Both the position numbers and the translations under genes were made by a program. A model generated the notes under the pieces. The model saw nothing but the letters and a program-made list of their open reading frames with translations. It was not told where the DNA came from and did not search any database. Shown here piece after piece: positions 10,542-21,523 of a stretch of DNA of 32,000 nt. Source of the DNA: Mycoplasmoides genitalium G37 (lineage in GTDB: Bacteria > Bacillota_I > Bacilli_A > Mycoplasmatales > Mycoplasmoidaceae); the NCBI RefSeq assembly GCF_000027325.1, contig NC_000908.2, positions 30,001 through 62,000 of the forward strand, written 5' to 3'. Within the stretch, counting starts at the first letter, position 1, and every line of letters starts with the position of its first letter.

Positions 10542-11786
10542 ATGAACTTCTTGCAAAAACCAAGGGGAGTTAAAGATTGGTTTGGTGATGAATTAGTTTA
10601 TTTTAATTGGATTGTTAAAAAAATAAGATCTTTAGCATTTAATTGGGGTTTTAGTGAAGTTAAAACTCCGTTGTTTGAAAATGCACAACTTTTTCAAAGA
10701 TCTAATGCTAATGCTGATATTGTTCAAAAAGAACTATACCAGTTTTTTGATAAATCTCAAAGAGAATTAGCTTTAAGACCTGAAGCTACTACACCAATAG
10801 TAAGACTTGCTTGTGAAAACAAATTAATGCAAGAAGCAAATTTTCCCTTAAAGTTATTTTGCATTGGTTCAATGTATCGTTATGAACGTCCACAAAACAA
10901 TAGGTTTCGTGAACATTGGCAATTTAGTTGCGAAGTATTTGGTTTTTCCAACCTGTTTATCTTTTTAGATACACTTTTGTTTGCTAACTCTTTGCTTGAA
11001 GCACTTGGAATTACTGGATATGTGCTTAAAATTAATAATCTTGCTAACTTTGAAACACTTAGTAAGTGAAATAAAGCCCTAAAAGATTATTTAACTCCAT
11101 ATAAATTAGAACTAACTGAGCTTTCTCAAAAAAGATTAGAAAAAAATCCTTTGAGAATTTTAGATGACAAGATAGATCAAAAAAAATCATTTGTTAAAAA
11201 TGCTCCTAAAATTACTGATTTTTTAGATGCAAGTGCAAAACAAGATTCAGAATTGTTAAAAACACAACTAAAAAAACACAATATTAGTTTTGAATGAACA
11301 GACAATCTAGTTAGAGGATTGGATTACTATACTGGATTTGTGTTTGAATATGTAAAAAATCAAGACACAATTTTAGCAGGTGGAGTTTATGATAACTTAG
11401 TTGAAGAATTAAGTAGTAATCCAACTCCCGCATTAGGTTTTGCTTGTGGAATTGAACGGTTAATTAACTGTTTAGAAATTGATAAAAAAGCATTTATTTT
11501 GAATACTAAACCAAAGCAGATGTTAGTAATTTGCTTATTTGAAGAAGCGCTTGAAGAATTGGTTTGACTAGCTAAATTATGAAGGGAATATAACCAAGTA
11601 ACTATTTATCCTAAGGTTATTAAAGTTGATAATGGGATTAGATTAGCAAATCGCTTGGGTTATACTTTCATTGGCATTGTTGGAAAAACTGATTTTGACA
11701 AAAAAGCTATTACAATCAAAAACTTAGTATCTAAACAACAGACCATTTACACTTGAAATGAACTTGGAGAACGAAATGTGTTTTAA
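10542..11786 (+). CDS. hisS: Histidine--tRNA ligase (414 aa)
   Basis: ATG 10542 to TAA 11784-11786, joining track ORFs 10542.. and 11319.. (same frame) across TGAs. Class II aaRS motifs are present: [42 protein letters not shown] and GGVYDNL. Confidence 0.95.
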
Positions 11787-13428
11787 CCAACGAATTTTAA
11801 TTGGCTCAATTTCAACTGAACAACTCAATAAAACAATAGTTATTATTGGGTGAATTAAACGGATTAAAAAGTTAGGTGAAATTAACTTTATTATCGTTGG
11901 TGATAAATCAGGAACTATCCAAGTAACTTGCAAAGATAAAGAACAGATTCAACAACTTACAAGAGAAGACATAGTTATTGTTAAAGCCAAATTACAACGC
12001 TTAGATAGTGTTAGATTTGAACTGATAAATCCAACTATTAAACTTTTTTCAAAGTCAAAAACTCCTCCTTTAATTATTGAAGATGAAACTGATGCTTTAG
12101 AAGAAGTTAGGTTAAAATACCGTTACCTTGATCTGAGAAGACGTTTGATGCAAAAACGATTGTTATTGCGTCATCAATTTATATTAGCAATTCGTAACTG
12201 ATTTAACCAGCAGGGTTTTATTGAAATAGAAACACCTACCTTATCCAAATCAACTCCTGAGGGAGCACAAGACTTTTTAGTTCCTGCAAGAATTAGAAAA
12301 GATTGTTTTTATGCTTTAGTTCAAAGTCCACAAATCTATAAGCAGCTCTTAATGATTGCAGGAGTTGAAAAATATTTTCAAATTGCAAGGGTCTATCGTG
12401 ATGAAGATAGCAGAAAAGATCGTCAACCAGAACACACACAAATTGATTTCGAGATCTCTTTTTGTAACCAAAAAATGATTATGAATCTAGTTGAAAAACT
12501 CTTTTTTAGTGTTTTCTTAGATGTTTTTCAAATCAAAATAAAAAAGACTTTTCCTGTTTTTAAATTTTCAGAACTTTTTGAAAGATTTGGTAGCGATAAA
12601 CCAGATTTACGTTATGGTTTTGAAATAAAAGATTTCACCTCGCTTTTTCAAGATCATCAGAATCAGTTCACTAAATTAATTGAAGCAAAAGGCATTATTG
12701 GTGGTATTGAACTTACTAATATTGAGTTAAGTACAGACAAAATTAAAGCATTAAGAAAAATTGCTAAGGACCATGATGTGAGTTTAGAAGTTCATAATAA
12801 AAATAATTCAACATTAAAAACTTCAATTAAATGTGATGAAAAAAACACTCTTCTGTTAGTAGCAAATAAATCTAAAAAGAAGGCATGAACTGCTTTAGGA
12901 GCAATTAGAAATGAGTTGAAATACCACTTGGATATTGTCAAACCTAACCAATACAGCTTTTGTTGAGTTGTTGATTTCCCTCTCTATGATTTTGATGAGA
13001 AAACAAATCAGTGAATATCAAATCACAACATCTTTTCAAAACCTAAACAAGAATGAATTGATAATTTTGAATCAAATAAAAACGAAGCATTAAGCGAACA
13101 GTTTGATCTTGTTTTAAATGGTTTTGAAATTGGTAGTGGTTCAATAAGAATTAATGATCCAATTGTTCAAAAAAGACTAATGAATTCTTTGAACATTGAC
13201 CCAAATAAGTTTGCTTTTCTTCTAGAAGCTTATCAATATGGTGCTCCTGTTCATGGTGGAATGGGACTAGGTATTGATCGTTTAATGATGATTCTTAATC
13301 AAACTGATAACATCAGAGAAGTAATCGCTTTTCCTAAGAATAATCATGGTATTGAAGTCCATACAAACGCTCCTGATAAAATTGACAAAGAGGAGGTTAA
13401 ATGATGGATAAAAGAACTAGTGAAATAG
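11758..13428 (+). CDS. aspS: Aspartate--tRNA ligase (556 aa)
   Basis: ATG 11758 (alternative ATG 11776) to TAG 13426-13428, joining fragments at 12352 and 13180 in one frame. Motifs: anticodon-binding OB region, YRYLDLRR, FIEIETPTLSKSTPEGAQDFLVP, QIARVYRDED.R.DRQPEHTQID and GGMGLGIDRLMMIL. Confidence 0.95.
13390..13397 (+). promoter_or_regulatory. Strong Shine-Dalgarno-like element (GAGGAGGT) inside the aspS 3' end, upstream of the phosphoribosyltransferase gene
   Basis: The sequence aaaGAGGAGGTtaaATGATG is near-perfectly complementary to a canonical anti-SD. The core AGGAGG ends 4 nt before ATG 13401 and 7 nt before ATG 13404. Confidence 0.5.
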
Positions 13429-14753
13429 AGTTTCACTTAAAGAATCTTTTGGCTTGTGATGCATATAAACTTTCACACCGTTTAATGTATCCACAAGATA
13501 CACAAAACCTTTATAGTATGTTAACTGCAAGAGGTGTTTATGGTGATTTTAAGGAGTTTGTTTGAAACCATGATTTTGCTAAAGAGATCCTTTTGAATGT
13601 ATTTAATGGTTTTGTAAACAGTGTAATTGAAGTTAAAAAAAACAAATTGCTAGCTGCAGCATTGACAGATAAATTAGTTAGTGTTTTTAATGATCATGAA
13701 TTGGCTAATGAATTCACACAACACATCTGTCATTTAGCTAGTTTCTTAGAGAAAAATAAAAAAATGCCGTTAGTTGCAAAGATCCATGAAAGTGATCAAT
13801 CATTACCATTTAGAACTCCTTTAATAACTATAGAAGGAGTTGAAAATATTCCAAACAACTTTGTATGGTTAGTTAATTACTTTGAAACTGTACTTCTAGA
13901 AAACATTTGGTTGTTTCAAACTGCTTCTACAGTTGCTAAAAGAATTAAATCTTTACTTGAAAAATATGCTAAAGAAACCGCAGATGAAACAAGTTTTATT
14001 AATTTTCAATGCCACGACTTTAGTATGCGGGGCATGAGTAGTTTGCAAAGTGCTTTGTATGTTGCTAGAGCACACTTGCAATACTTTACTGGAAGTGACA
14101 CGATCTTAGGTGGGGATAATTCTCGTTCAATTTTAGCTTCTGAACATTCAGTGATGTGCGCAGATGGTAGTAAACATGAATTGAAAACTTTTCAACGTTT
14201 ATTGGAAAAGTTTAAAGATAAAAAACTTTCTTTAGTGATTGATTCTTATGACATGTGAAATGTCCTTGATAACATTATTCCAAGGTTAAAAAACTTAATC
14301 TTAATGCGTGGTGCTACGCTTTATTTGCGTGCTGATTCTGGTAATTATCAAACTCTTATTTGCAATCCTAATTACAAAAAGCAAGATAAAAGTACATGAG
14401 CAATGATCGATTACTTAGATCATCATTTTAGTTCAACTATAAATAAAAAAGGTTATAAGGTTTTAAACAAGAAAATTGGCATTATTTATGGTGATGGAAT
14501 CACCTATCAAAAGATAGAATGGATCTTAAATTGTTTAAAAAACCATGGTTATTGTTCTTCAAACATTATTTTTGGAGTTGGTAGTAGCACTTATCAAAAT
14601 TTAAACCGTGATACTTTAGGTTTTGTATACAAATTGACTGCTATTAAAAGAAATAATAGATGGATAGGCGTTAAAAAAACTCCCATAACTGATCTATCTA
14701 AAAGTTCAAAAGGCGGTAGATATAAAACAAAGCGATTAATTACAGTTTATTAA
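13401..14753 (+). CDS. Nicotinamide/nicotinate phosphoribosyltransferase, NAMPT (NadV/PBEF)-like (450 aa; historically annotated as putative PncB)
   Basis: ATG 13401 (or 13404) to TAA 14751-14753, joining track ORFs 13593.. and 14403.. across TGAs. The N-terminus NLLACDAYKLSHRLMYPQDTQNLYSMLTARG matches the NAMPT-type D.YK.sH...YP motif. The C-terminal GIIYGDGI and IFGVGSSTYQ are typical of type II PRTases. Confidence 0.85.
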
Positions 14754-16276
14754 TCAATTTCTTTCCATTTTAAAGCACGTTCAACTGCTTTATGTCAACT
14801 GTTAATTTTGGTTTTTCTTATGTTTGGGTCCATAGTGCTTTTGAACTTTTTATCAAGAGTAGTGAGTTTTTCAAGTTGATGAATGTCTTTTCAAAATCCA
14901 CAAGCAAGTCCAGCTAAAAAACAAACACCAACTGCAGTGGTTTCTTTATTTTTAGGGATAGAAACAATTACATCTGCAATATCAGCTTGAAACTGCATTA
15001 AATAGTTTGATTTAACAATCCCCCCATCAGCTTTAATGCTAGTAATCTTATAGCCTAGATCACTTGCCATTGCATTTAATAAATCATTAGTTTGAAAAGC
15101 AATTGACTCTAAGCTAGCTTTTACTATGTGCTCTCTTTTAGTGCTTGCTTCAATTCCTAAGATAATACCCCTAGCACTAGCATCTCATCAAGGAGCTCCA
15201 AGTCCACTGAAAGCTGGTACAAAAACTAGGTTTTGTTCATTTTCTTTTGCAAGTTCTGCATAAAAATCACTTTCCTTTTCTGAATAGATAATTTTTAATG
15301 CATCCCTTAACCATTTTATAGCCGCACCCGCTACAAACACACTACCTTCCAATGCATATACAGGTGGATGATTTTCTAGTTGCCATGCTACTGTTGTGAG
15401 CAGATTGTGCTTTGAGAGTGTTGGTTTATCACCAATGTTCATGAGTACAAAACATCCAGTACCATAGGTATTTTTTACCATTCCAGGTTCAGTACAGAGT
15501 TGACCAAACAAAGCTGCTTGCTGGTCTCCTAAAACTGCTCTAATTGGTACAATACCTTTAGCATTACTAGATCAGTGATTAGTTTCAATATCACCAAAGT
15601 AAGCATTGGAACTCAGAACTTTAGGTAAGATTGAAACTGGTACTTCAAATAAATCACATAACTCTTTGGATCACTCCATTTTGACAATGTCAAATAAAAG
15701 AGTTCTTGAAGCATTTGAAACATCTGTAACATGCATTTTTCCATTAGTTAGTTTTCAGATTAATCAGCTATCAATGGTGCCAAATAACAACTTTTTTTGC
15801 TCCATTAGTTTCTTTGCTAAAGGAACATTTTTTAAGATTCAAGCTATCTTAGTAGCACTAAAATAGGGGTTAATAGGTAATCCAGTTTTTTGTTTTACTT
15901 TGGTTTGGATTAACTTATCCTCATTGAATTTTTGACATAGTGCTGCAGTTCTTTGATCCTGTCAAACGATGGCATTATAAACAGGCAAACCATTTTCTTT
16001 ATTTCATAAAACTATTGTTTCTCTTTGATTGGTAATACCAACTGCAATCACTTCATGAGATTTGATTTGTGCTTTATTTTTAGCACTTTGCATGGTAGCT
16101 AGTTGGGCTGATCAAATTTCTAGTGGATCTTGTTCAACTCAACCACTATTAGGAAAAAAAGTGTTAAATTCGTTTTGTGCTATTGCTATTTGGTTAAGAT
16201 TGTGATCAAAAACAATTGATCGACAAGAACTAGTACCTTCATCTAAGGCAATAATGTATTGTTTTTTTAGATCCAT
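14750..16276 (-). CDS. glpK: Glycerol kinase (508 aa)
   Basis: ATG 16274-16276 ([24 protein letters not shown]) to TAA 14750-14752 (..[11 protein letters not shown]). FGGY-family motifs [21 protein letters not shown] and [12 protein letters not shown] are present. Many in-frame TGAs occur. Confidence 0.96.
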
Positions 16277-17421
16277 GATAAGTTGTAATTAGGATTTCAA
16301 TTTATCTTCTTTTTTAACTTTAAATTAAGGAGTTCAACTGCTCTCTTAGCAATAGCAGGACTTGATGTTAAACCAGGGGATTTCATGCCACCAAGGATGA
16401 TAAAGTTAGGATTGCTTTTTGCTGTTCTAATAACAAAGTCATTTGTTTCAATATCAATAGCTCTTGAACCTGCAAAACTATAAATACTATTTTCAAATTG
16501 CAATGAAGGAACCATTTTTTTACCAATAGTTTTAATTTGGTTAATTGAATCTAAATCTATGGAACGAGTTTTGTTTTTTTCAATTCCCTCAACTGCATTA
16601 GGTCCCACAAGGATATTACCATCTAACATCTCAGCAACAACTACTCCCTTACCATGGATAGTAGGTACCATAAAAATAATTGTGTTAATCTTAAGGTTGT
16701 TTTGATTTTTTAAAACTAGATATTGTCCTTTTCTTGTTGTTTGTTTAAAATTATCAACTTGTGTAGTTTCTGCTAGTCAATCTGCATAATGACCAGCTGC
16801 ATCAATTAACTTTTTGGTTTTAAATTGTGGTGTTGTTTCATTGTTAATAAAAACTAAAAAATCATCATCAGAATCTATTTCAATTTTTGTAACTTTTTTA
16901 TTTGAGTAGATGGCAACATTGTTTTGTAAACTAGCAAGGGCTAAACACTTGGTTGCAATTAAAGGGTCAATTAGTCAACTACCTTCAACTTTTAAACTAG
17001 CTACTACATTTGGATTGATAAACGGTTCTTGCAATAAAGTTTGTTGTTGATCTAATATTTGAATGTTTTCAACAGGAATTGAGTTTTTAATTCCCCTTTC
17101 TTTTAACAAATTTAATTGAAGTTTTTCTTCATTGTTGAAAGCAACAATTAAAGTAGCAATTTTTTTCCTTGGGAAGATTAGTTTTTTAAATCAATCCTCA
17201 ATTCAGATTTTTCTCCCTAAGATGTTGTATTTGGCAGTTAGCTTATTAGGATTAGGATCAATTCCTGAATGGATTACACCACTGTTAGCCTGCGAAGTTT
17301 CACAACCCAAAAAAGCATTTTTTTCTAAAAGTGCAACTTTTAATTTATATTGGCTGAGTTCATATGCACAACTAGTACCGATGACACCCCCACCCACAAT
17401 TAAAACGTCAATTGTTTGCAT
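16267..17421 (-). CDS. glpD: FAD-dependent glycerol-3-phosphate dehydrogenase/oxidase (384 aa)
   Basis: ATG 17419-17421, with the dinucleotide-binding fold DVLIVGGGVIGTSCAYELS. The track ORF ends at a TGA (16297-16299), but the true stop is TAA 16267-16269. This overlaps the glpK start by 10 nt. Confidence 0.92.
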
Positions 17422-17579
17422 TAATTAATCTTCTAGTATTTAGTTAGTTATTTTGCAAAAAAGGATTAGTTTTATAGTTGTGATTTACTTTTTGGTATCT
17501 CTATAAAAAGTAGTATCAAACATTTTTTTATCTTTTGATTTCTTTTTACTAAAAATAATTAGCTAAAATACCGTCATAT

Positions 17580-19355
17580 ATGGGAAAGCTATTATTTGGT
17601 AAGTTAGTTTTTAAAAAGAGCTTGTTTTTACTGAGTGGTATGAGCAGTTTAGCAGTTTTTTTAACTGCATGTGGGGCTACCAAAATATTTGATTCCTCTG
17701 TACAGCTATTAGTGTCAGATAACTTTTCCACACTTGCTGATAAATCATTTTCACAAATGTCCTATGAAGGAATCAGGAGCTTTTTTAAAAAAAGTAAGGG
17801 TGTTGATTTACCTGAAGCAGATAGTTCACAATTACAAGAAGGCAATGGCTTGTGAAAACGTCCTGGTTTTACATTAAGTGATAGAATTGCTACTTTTAAT
17901 AACATCAAAAATGATGGCTCTGATGTTATTGTTGCAACAGGTTTTAACCAACAAGAATCACTTCAAGCAATTACTTCTGATGACATTAGGTTTCAAAGTG
18001 ATAAAGAAAGCTTAGCTAAAACAGGTTTTATTTTTGTTGATGGAGCTATTGAAAAGGAGTTTAATAAAAGAAATGGTGTTCCTCAATTTAAGTCAACTCC
18101 TACCAATATCTCATCAGTTGCTTTTAGAAGTGATGATGGTTCTTTTTTAACTGGAGTTGCTACTGCAGTTTACTTAAATCTTAACCAAGAATATTTCCTT
18201 GATAAAAGTGGTTGGTCAACTAATAGTAGTAATAATAACGAACTAACTGTAAGTGGTTTTGTAGGTATTGCTCTACCTTCAACGCTTTCTTTTCTAAATG
18301 GTTTTCGACTAGGTATTGCTTATTTTAATGAAGTGATTTATAAACATTTAAGCGATGCACAAGATTCATCTGCACAAGTGACCACTTCTAAACAAACTGT
18401 TTTAAAACAACTTCAAGTTGCAAATGGTGAAAAAAGGATTAAAAAGATTAAATGGATTTCACCAAAACAAGGAAGTGATGGAGAAACTATAAACATTCAA
18501 GATCACCAATCAGGTTCTTTTTCAGATACTGAACCTAGAGCAATAACAATAGCTAATAATTTAATTGATAAAGGAGTTAATGCTATCATTCCTATTGCTG
18601 GACCACAAACGAATTTAGTGGTTACTCAAATTGCTAGAAGACAAGCCCATACTGCAGTTATTGGCGTTGATAGTGCACAGGAATTGCTAGATATTAATAT
18701 TGATGCTCCAAATAAAGATAAGTTAAAAATGGGGAATAAAAAGATTATTCCCTTCTCTTCTATTAAGGCTTTGGATGTTGCTGTTGAAAGTATCTTATCA
18801 ACATTAGAAAAAGGTTCCAGCCAAAATGGTTATCAAGGCTTTGGATATAACAACATAGGTACAGTGAAAAACAACTCTGTTGGGGTTAGTGAAGCAGGTT
18901 ATGAATTTTTAATAGATCCTGTTTTTTGAAAAAATACTAGTTCAATGCAAGCTATGTCTTTATCAGCAAGTCTAAAAGCTAATGCAGCATCTTCATCAGA
19001 TAATAAGAAAAAATTATCAGAAGTTGCTACTAAGAAAAATGAAAACGGTTCGACAAAAAATGGTAGTAATGACATCATTGACAAATATGCCAAACTCTTA
19101 ACAAAATCTAGTTCTTCAACTAGTATGAGAAACGGTAGTTCAGATAGCAATCAACAGAATTTTAAAACAACAGATAATGATGGTGATTGAACTATTGTTG
19201 GTGATGAATTAGGTAAATATAAGTCTAGTGAACTGCCTATTTTTACAGGTAGTTCTTCATACCCAACTTTTCAAACTGAAGCACAAAATGTTTTAGATGG
19301 TGGAGCGAATGTTGCTTCAACACAAGGCTTTAAATGAAGCTTTAAACAAATTTAG
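17580..19355 (+). CDS. Lipoprotein of the BMP/PnrA (TmpC) substrate-binding family with a Ser/Asn-rich C-terminal extension (591 aa)
   Basis: ATG 17580 to TAG 19353-19355, joining three track ORFs (17580, 18333, 18945; same frame). Signal peptide plus lipobox FLTAC (Cys codon 17670-17672). BMP-like segments include VATGFNQ, FIFVDGA, SVAFRSDDGSFLTGVA, SGFVGIA, AIIPIAGPQTN and AVIGVDSAQ. The low-complexity S/N/K tail spans about 18930-19200. Confidence 0.88.
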
Positions 19356-19375
19356 AATTTTGATTACTTAAAGAT

Positions 19376-19642
19376 ATGAAAAAATTTCAAGCAGTTATTA
19401 AAGACCCAGTGGGAATTCACGCACGTCCTGCTTCTATCCTTGCAAGTGAGGCTAGTAAGTTTAAATCTGAACTTAAACTGGTAGCTCCAAGTGGTGTTGA
19501 AGGTAATATTAAATCAATTATTAACTTAATGTCTTTAGGAATTAGACATAATGACAACATTACTATCAAAGCAGATGGAGCTGATGAAGAAGAAGCTTTA
19601 GCAGCTATTAAAGCTTGTCTTGAAAAAAATAAAGTTATCTAA
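19376..19642 (+). CDS. ptsH: Phosphocarrier protein HPr (88 aa)
   Basis: Complete ORF. It has the active-site His in GIHARPAS and the regulatory Ser region KSIINLMSLG. Confidence 0.96.
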   Translation: MKKFQAVIKDPVGIHARPASILASEASKFKSELKLVAPSGVEGNIKSIINLMSLGIRHNDNITIKADGADEEEALAAIKACLEKNKVI

Positions 19643-19795
19643 CTTAGCATATTTTAATCAATTAAATCTGTTTATTTTTTAATAGTAAAAACACAATTTA
19701 ACCTTGTTTCTATTTAACAAAATTGGTTTGAAAAAGGCTATCAATTTTGCTGTAAAAAATTAAGATATTTTTTATCAAAAATTAGCATAAAAAAT

Positions 19796-19804
19796 TGTTA
19801 TACT
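19796..19804 (+). promoter_or_regulatory. Candidate extended -10 promoter element (TGtTATACT) for the potABCD operon
   Basis: The TGNTATACT-like sequence lies 36 nt upstream of the potA TTG start, within a 197-nt AT-rich gap. This is pattern recognition only and AT-rich DNA produces many such matches. Confidence 0.3.
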
Positions 19805-19839
19805 AATTAACGTTTTTTATTGAAAATTAAGTATTTAAA

Positions 19840-21519
19840 TTGAACGAACATTCTTTAATTGAAATTGAAGGTTTGAACAAGACCTTTGATGATGGTTATG
19901 TTTCTATAAGAGACATTAGCCTAAATATTAAAAAAGGCGAATTTATTACTATTTTAGGCCCTTCTGGTTGTGGTAAAACTACCCTGTTGAGGTTATTAGC
20001 TGGATTTGAAGATCCTACTTATGGCAAGATCAAAGTTAATGGTATTGACATTAAAGACATGGCAATCCATAAGCGTCCTTTTGCGACAGTTTTTCAAGAC
20101 TATGCTTTATTTTCCCATCTAACTGTTTATAAAAACATTGCTTATGGTCTGAAGGTAATGTGAACAAAGTTAGATGAAATTCCAAAACTTGTAAGTGATT
20201 ATCAAAAGCAACTTGCTCTTAAGCATTTAAAGCTAGAAAGAAAAATAGAGCAGTTACAAAAAAACAATTCTAATGCTCAAAGAATAAAGAAATTAAAGGA
20301 AAAATTACAAAAACTTTTAGAAATTAACAAACAAAAAGTTATTGAGTTTGAAAATAAAGAAAAACTACGTAGAGAAGATATTTACAAGAATTTAGAGCAA
20401 TTAACAAAAGAATGGGATCTACTTTCTCAAAAGAAACTAAAAGAAGTTGAACAACAAAAACAAGCAATTGATAAAAGTTTTGAAAAAGTAGAGAATAAAT
20501 ACAAAAAAGATCCTTGGTTTTTTCAACACAGTGAAATACGTTTAAAACAATATCAGAAGAAAAAAACTGAGTTGAAAGCTGATATTAAAGCAACAAAGAA
20601 CAAAGAACAAATCCAAAAATTAACTAAAGAACTTCAAACCTTAAAACAAAAATACGCTAATAAAAAAGCAATTGACAAAGAGTATGACAAATTAGTTGTA
20701 GCTTACAATAAGAAAGACTATTGAACTTCTTATTGAGAAACATACACACTTCAACAAAAAGAAGCTTTTGAAAAACGTTATCTTTCAAGAAAACTAACTA
20801 AAGCTGAACAAAATAAAAAAGTTAGTGATGTTATTGAAATGGTTGGTTTAAAAGGTAAAGAAGATCGTTTGCCTGATGAATTATCAGGGGGAATGAAACA
20901 AAGAGTTGCTTTAGCACGTTCTTTAGTAGTAGAACCTGAAATTCTTTTATTAGATGAACCATTATCTGCACTTGATGCAAAGGTTAGAAAGAATTTACAA
21001 AAAGAATTACAACAGATTCATAAAAAAAGTGGATTGACTTTTATCTTAGTAACTCATGATCAAGAAGAGGCTTTAGTTTTATCAGATCGGATAGTGGTTA
21101 TGAATGAGGGAAACATCTTACAAGTTGGTAATCCTGTTGATATTTATGACTCTCCTAAGACTGAATGAATTGCTAATTTCATTGGTCAAGCTAACATCTT
21201 TAAAGGTACTTATTTAGGAGAAAAAAAGATTCAGTTACAGAGTGGTGAAATCATTCAAACTGATGTTGATAATAACTATGTTGTAGGTAAGCAATATAAG
21301 ATCTTAATTCGTCCTGAAGACTTTGATCTTGTTCCTGAAAATAAAGGTTTTTTTAATGTTCGTGTTATTGATAAAAACTACAAAGGATTGCTTTGAAAGA
21401 TAACCACACAATTAAAAGATAACACTATTGTTGATTTGGAGAGTGTTAATGAAGTTGATGTAAATAAGACCTTTGGTGTTTTATTTGATCCTATAGATGT
21501 TCATTTAATGGAAGTTTAA
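19840..21519 (+). CDS. potA: Spermidine/putrescine-type ABC transporter ATP-binding protein with a large internal insertion (559 aa)
   Basis: TTG start 19840 (in-frame TAA 19828-19830 just upstream) to TAA 21517-21519. Walker A GPSGCGKT is at 19957-19980, the Q-loop at TVFQDYALF, the signature LSGGMKQR at 20881-20904 and Walker [12 protein letters not shown]. The C-terminal TOBE-like region runs 21170-21516. The 20161-20838 segment is open in the same frame (checked codon by codon). Confidence 0.93.
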
Positions 21520-21523
21520 CAAG

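Noticed and set aside
11724-11933. Minus-strand 69-aa ORF across the hisS/aspS junction.
   Set aside because: It is antisense to two well-supported synthetase genes, and its hydrophobic low-complexity translation is typical of the antisense frame.
15606-17428. Plus-strand ORFs 15606..15866 and 17132..17428.
   Set aside because: They are antisense to glpK and to the FAD-binding N-terminus of glpD respectively, and both regions are explained by strong minus-strand homology.
17549-19150. Minus-strand ORFs 17549..17731 and 18899..19150.
   Set aside because: They are antisense to the lipoprotein gene (signal-peptide region and Ser-rich tail). The second mirrors the low-complexity repeat composition of the sense strand.
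19643-19839. The 197-nt ptsH-potA gap as a possible riboswitch or small RNA. It contains the weak pairing AACCTTGTT...AACAAAATTGGTT and a repeated TTAGCATA octamer.
   Set aside because: There is no convincing multi-helix structure, no conserved riboswitch core sequence that I can recognise, and the short matches are unremarkable in about 80 percent AT sequence. I kept only a low-confidence -10 call.
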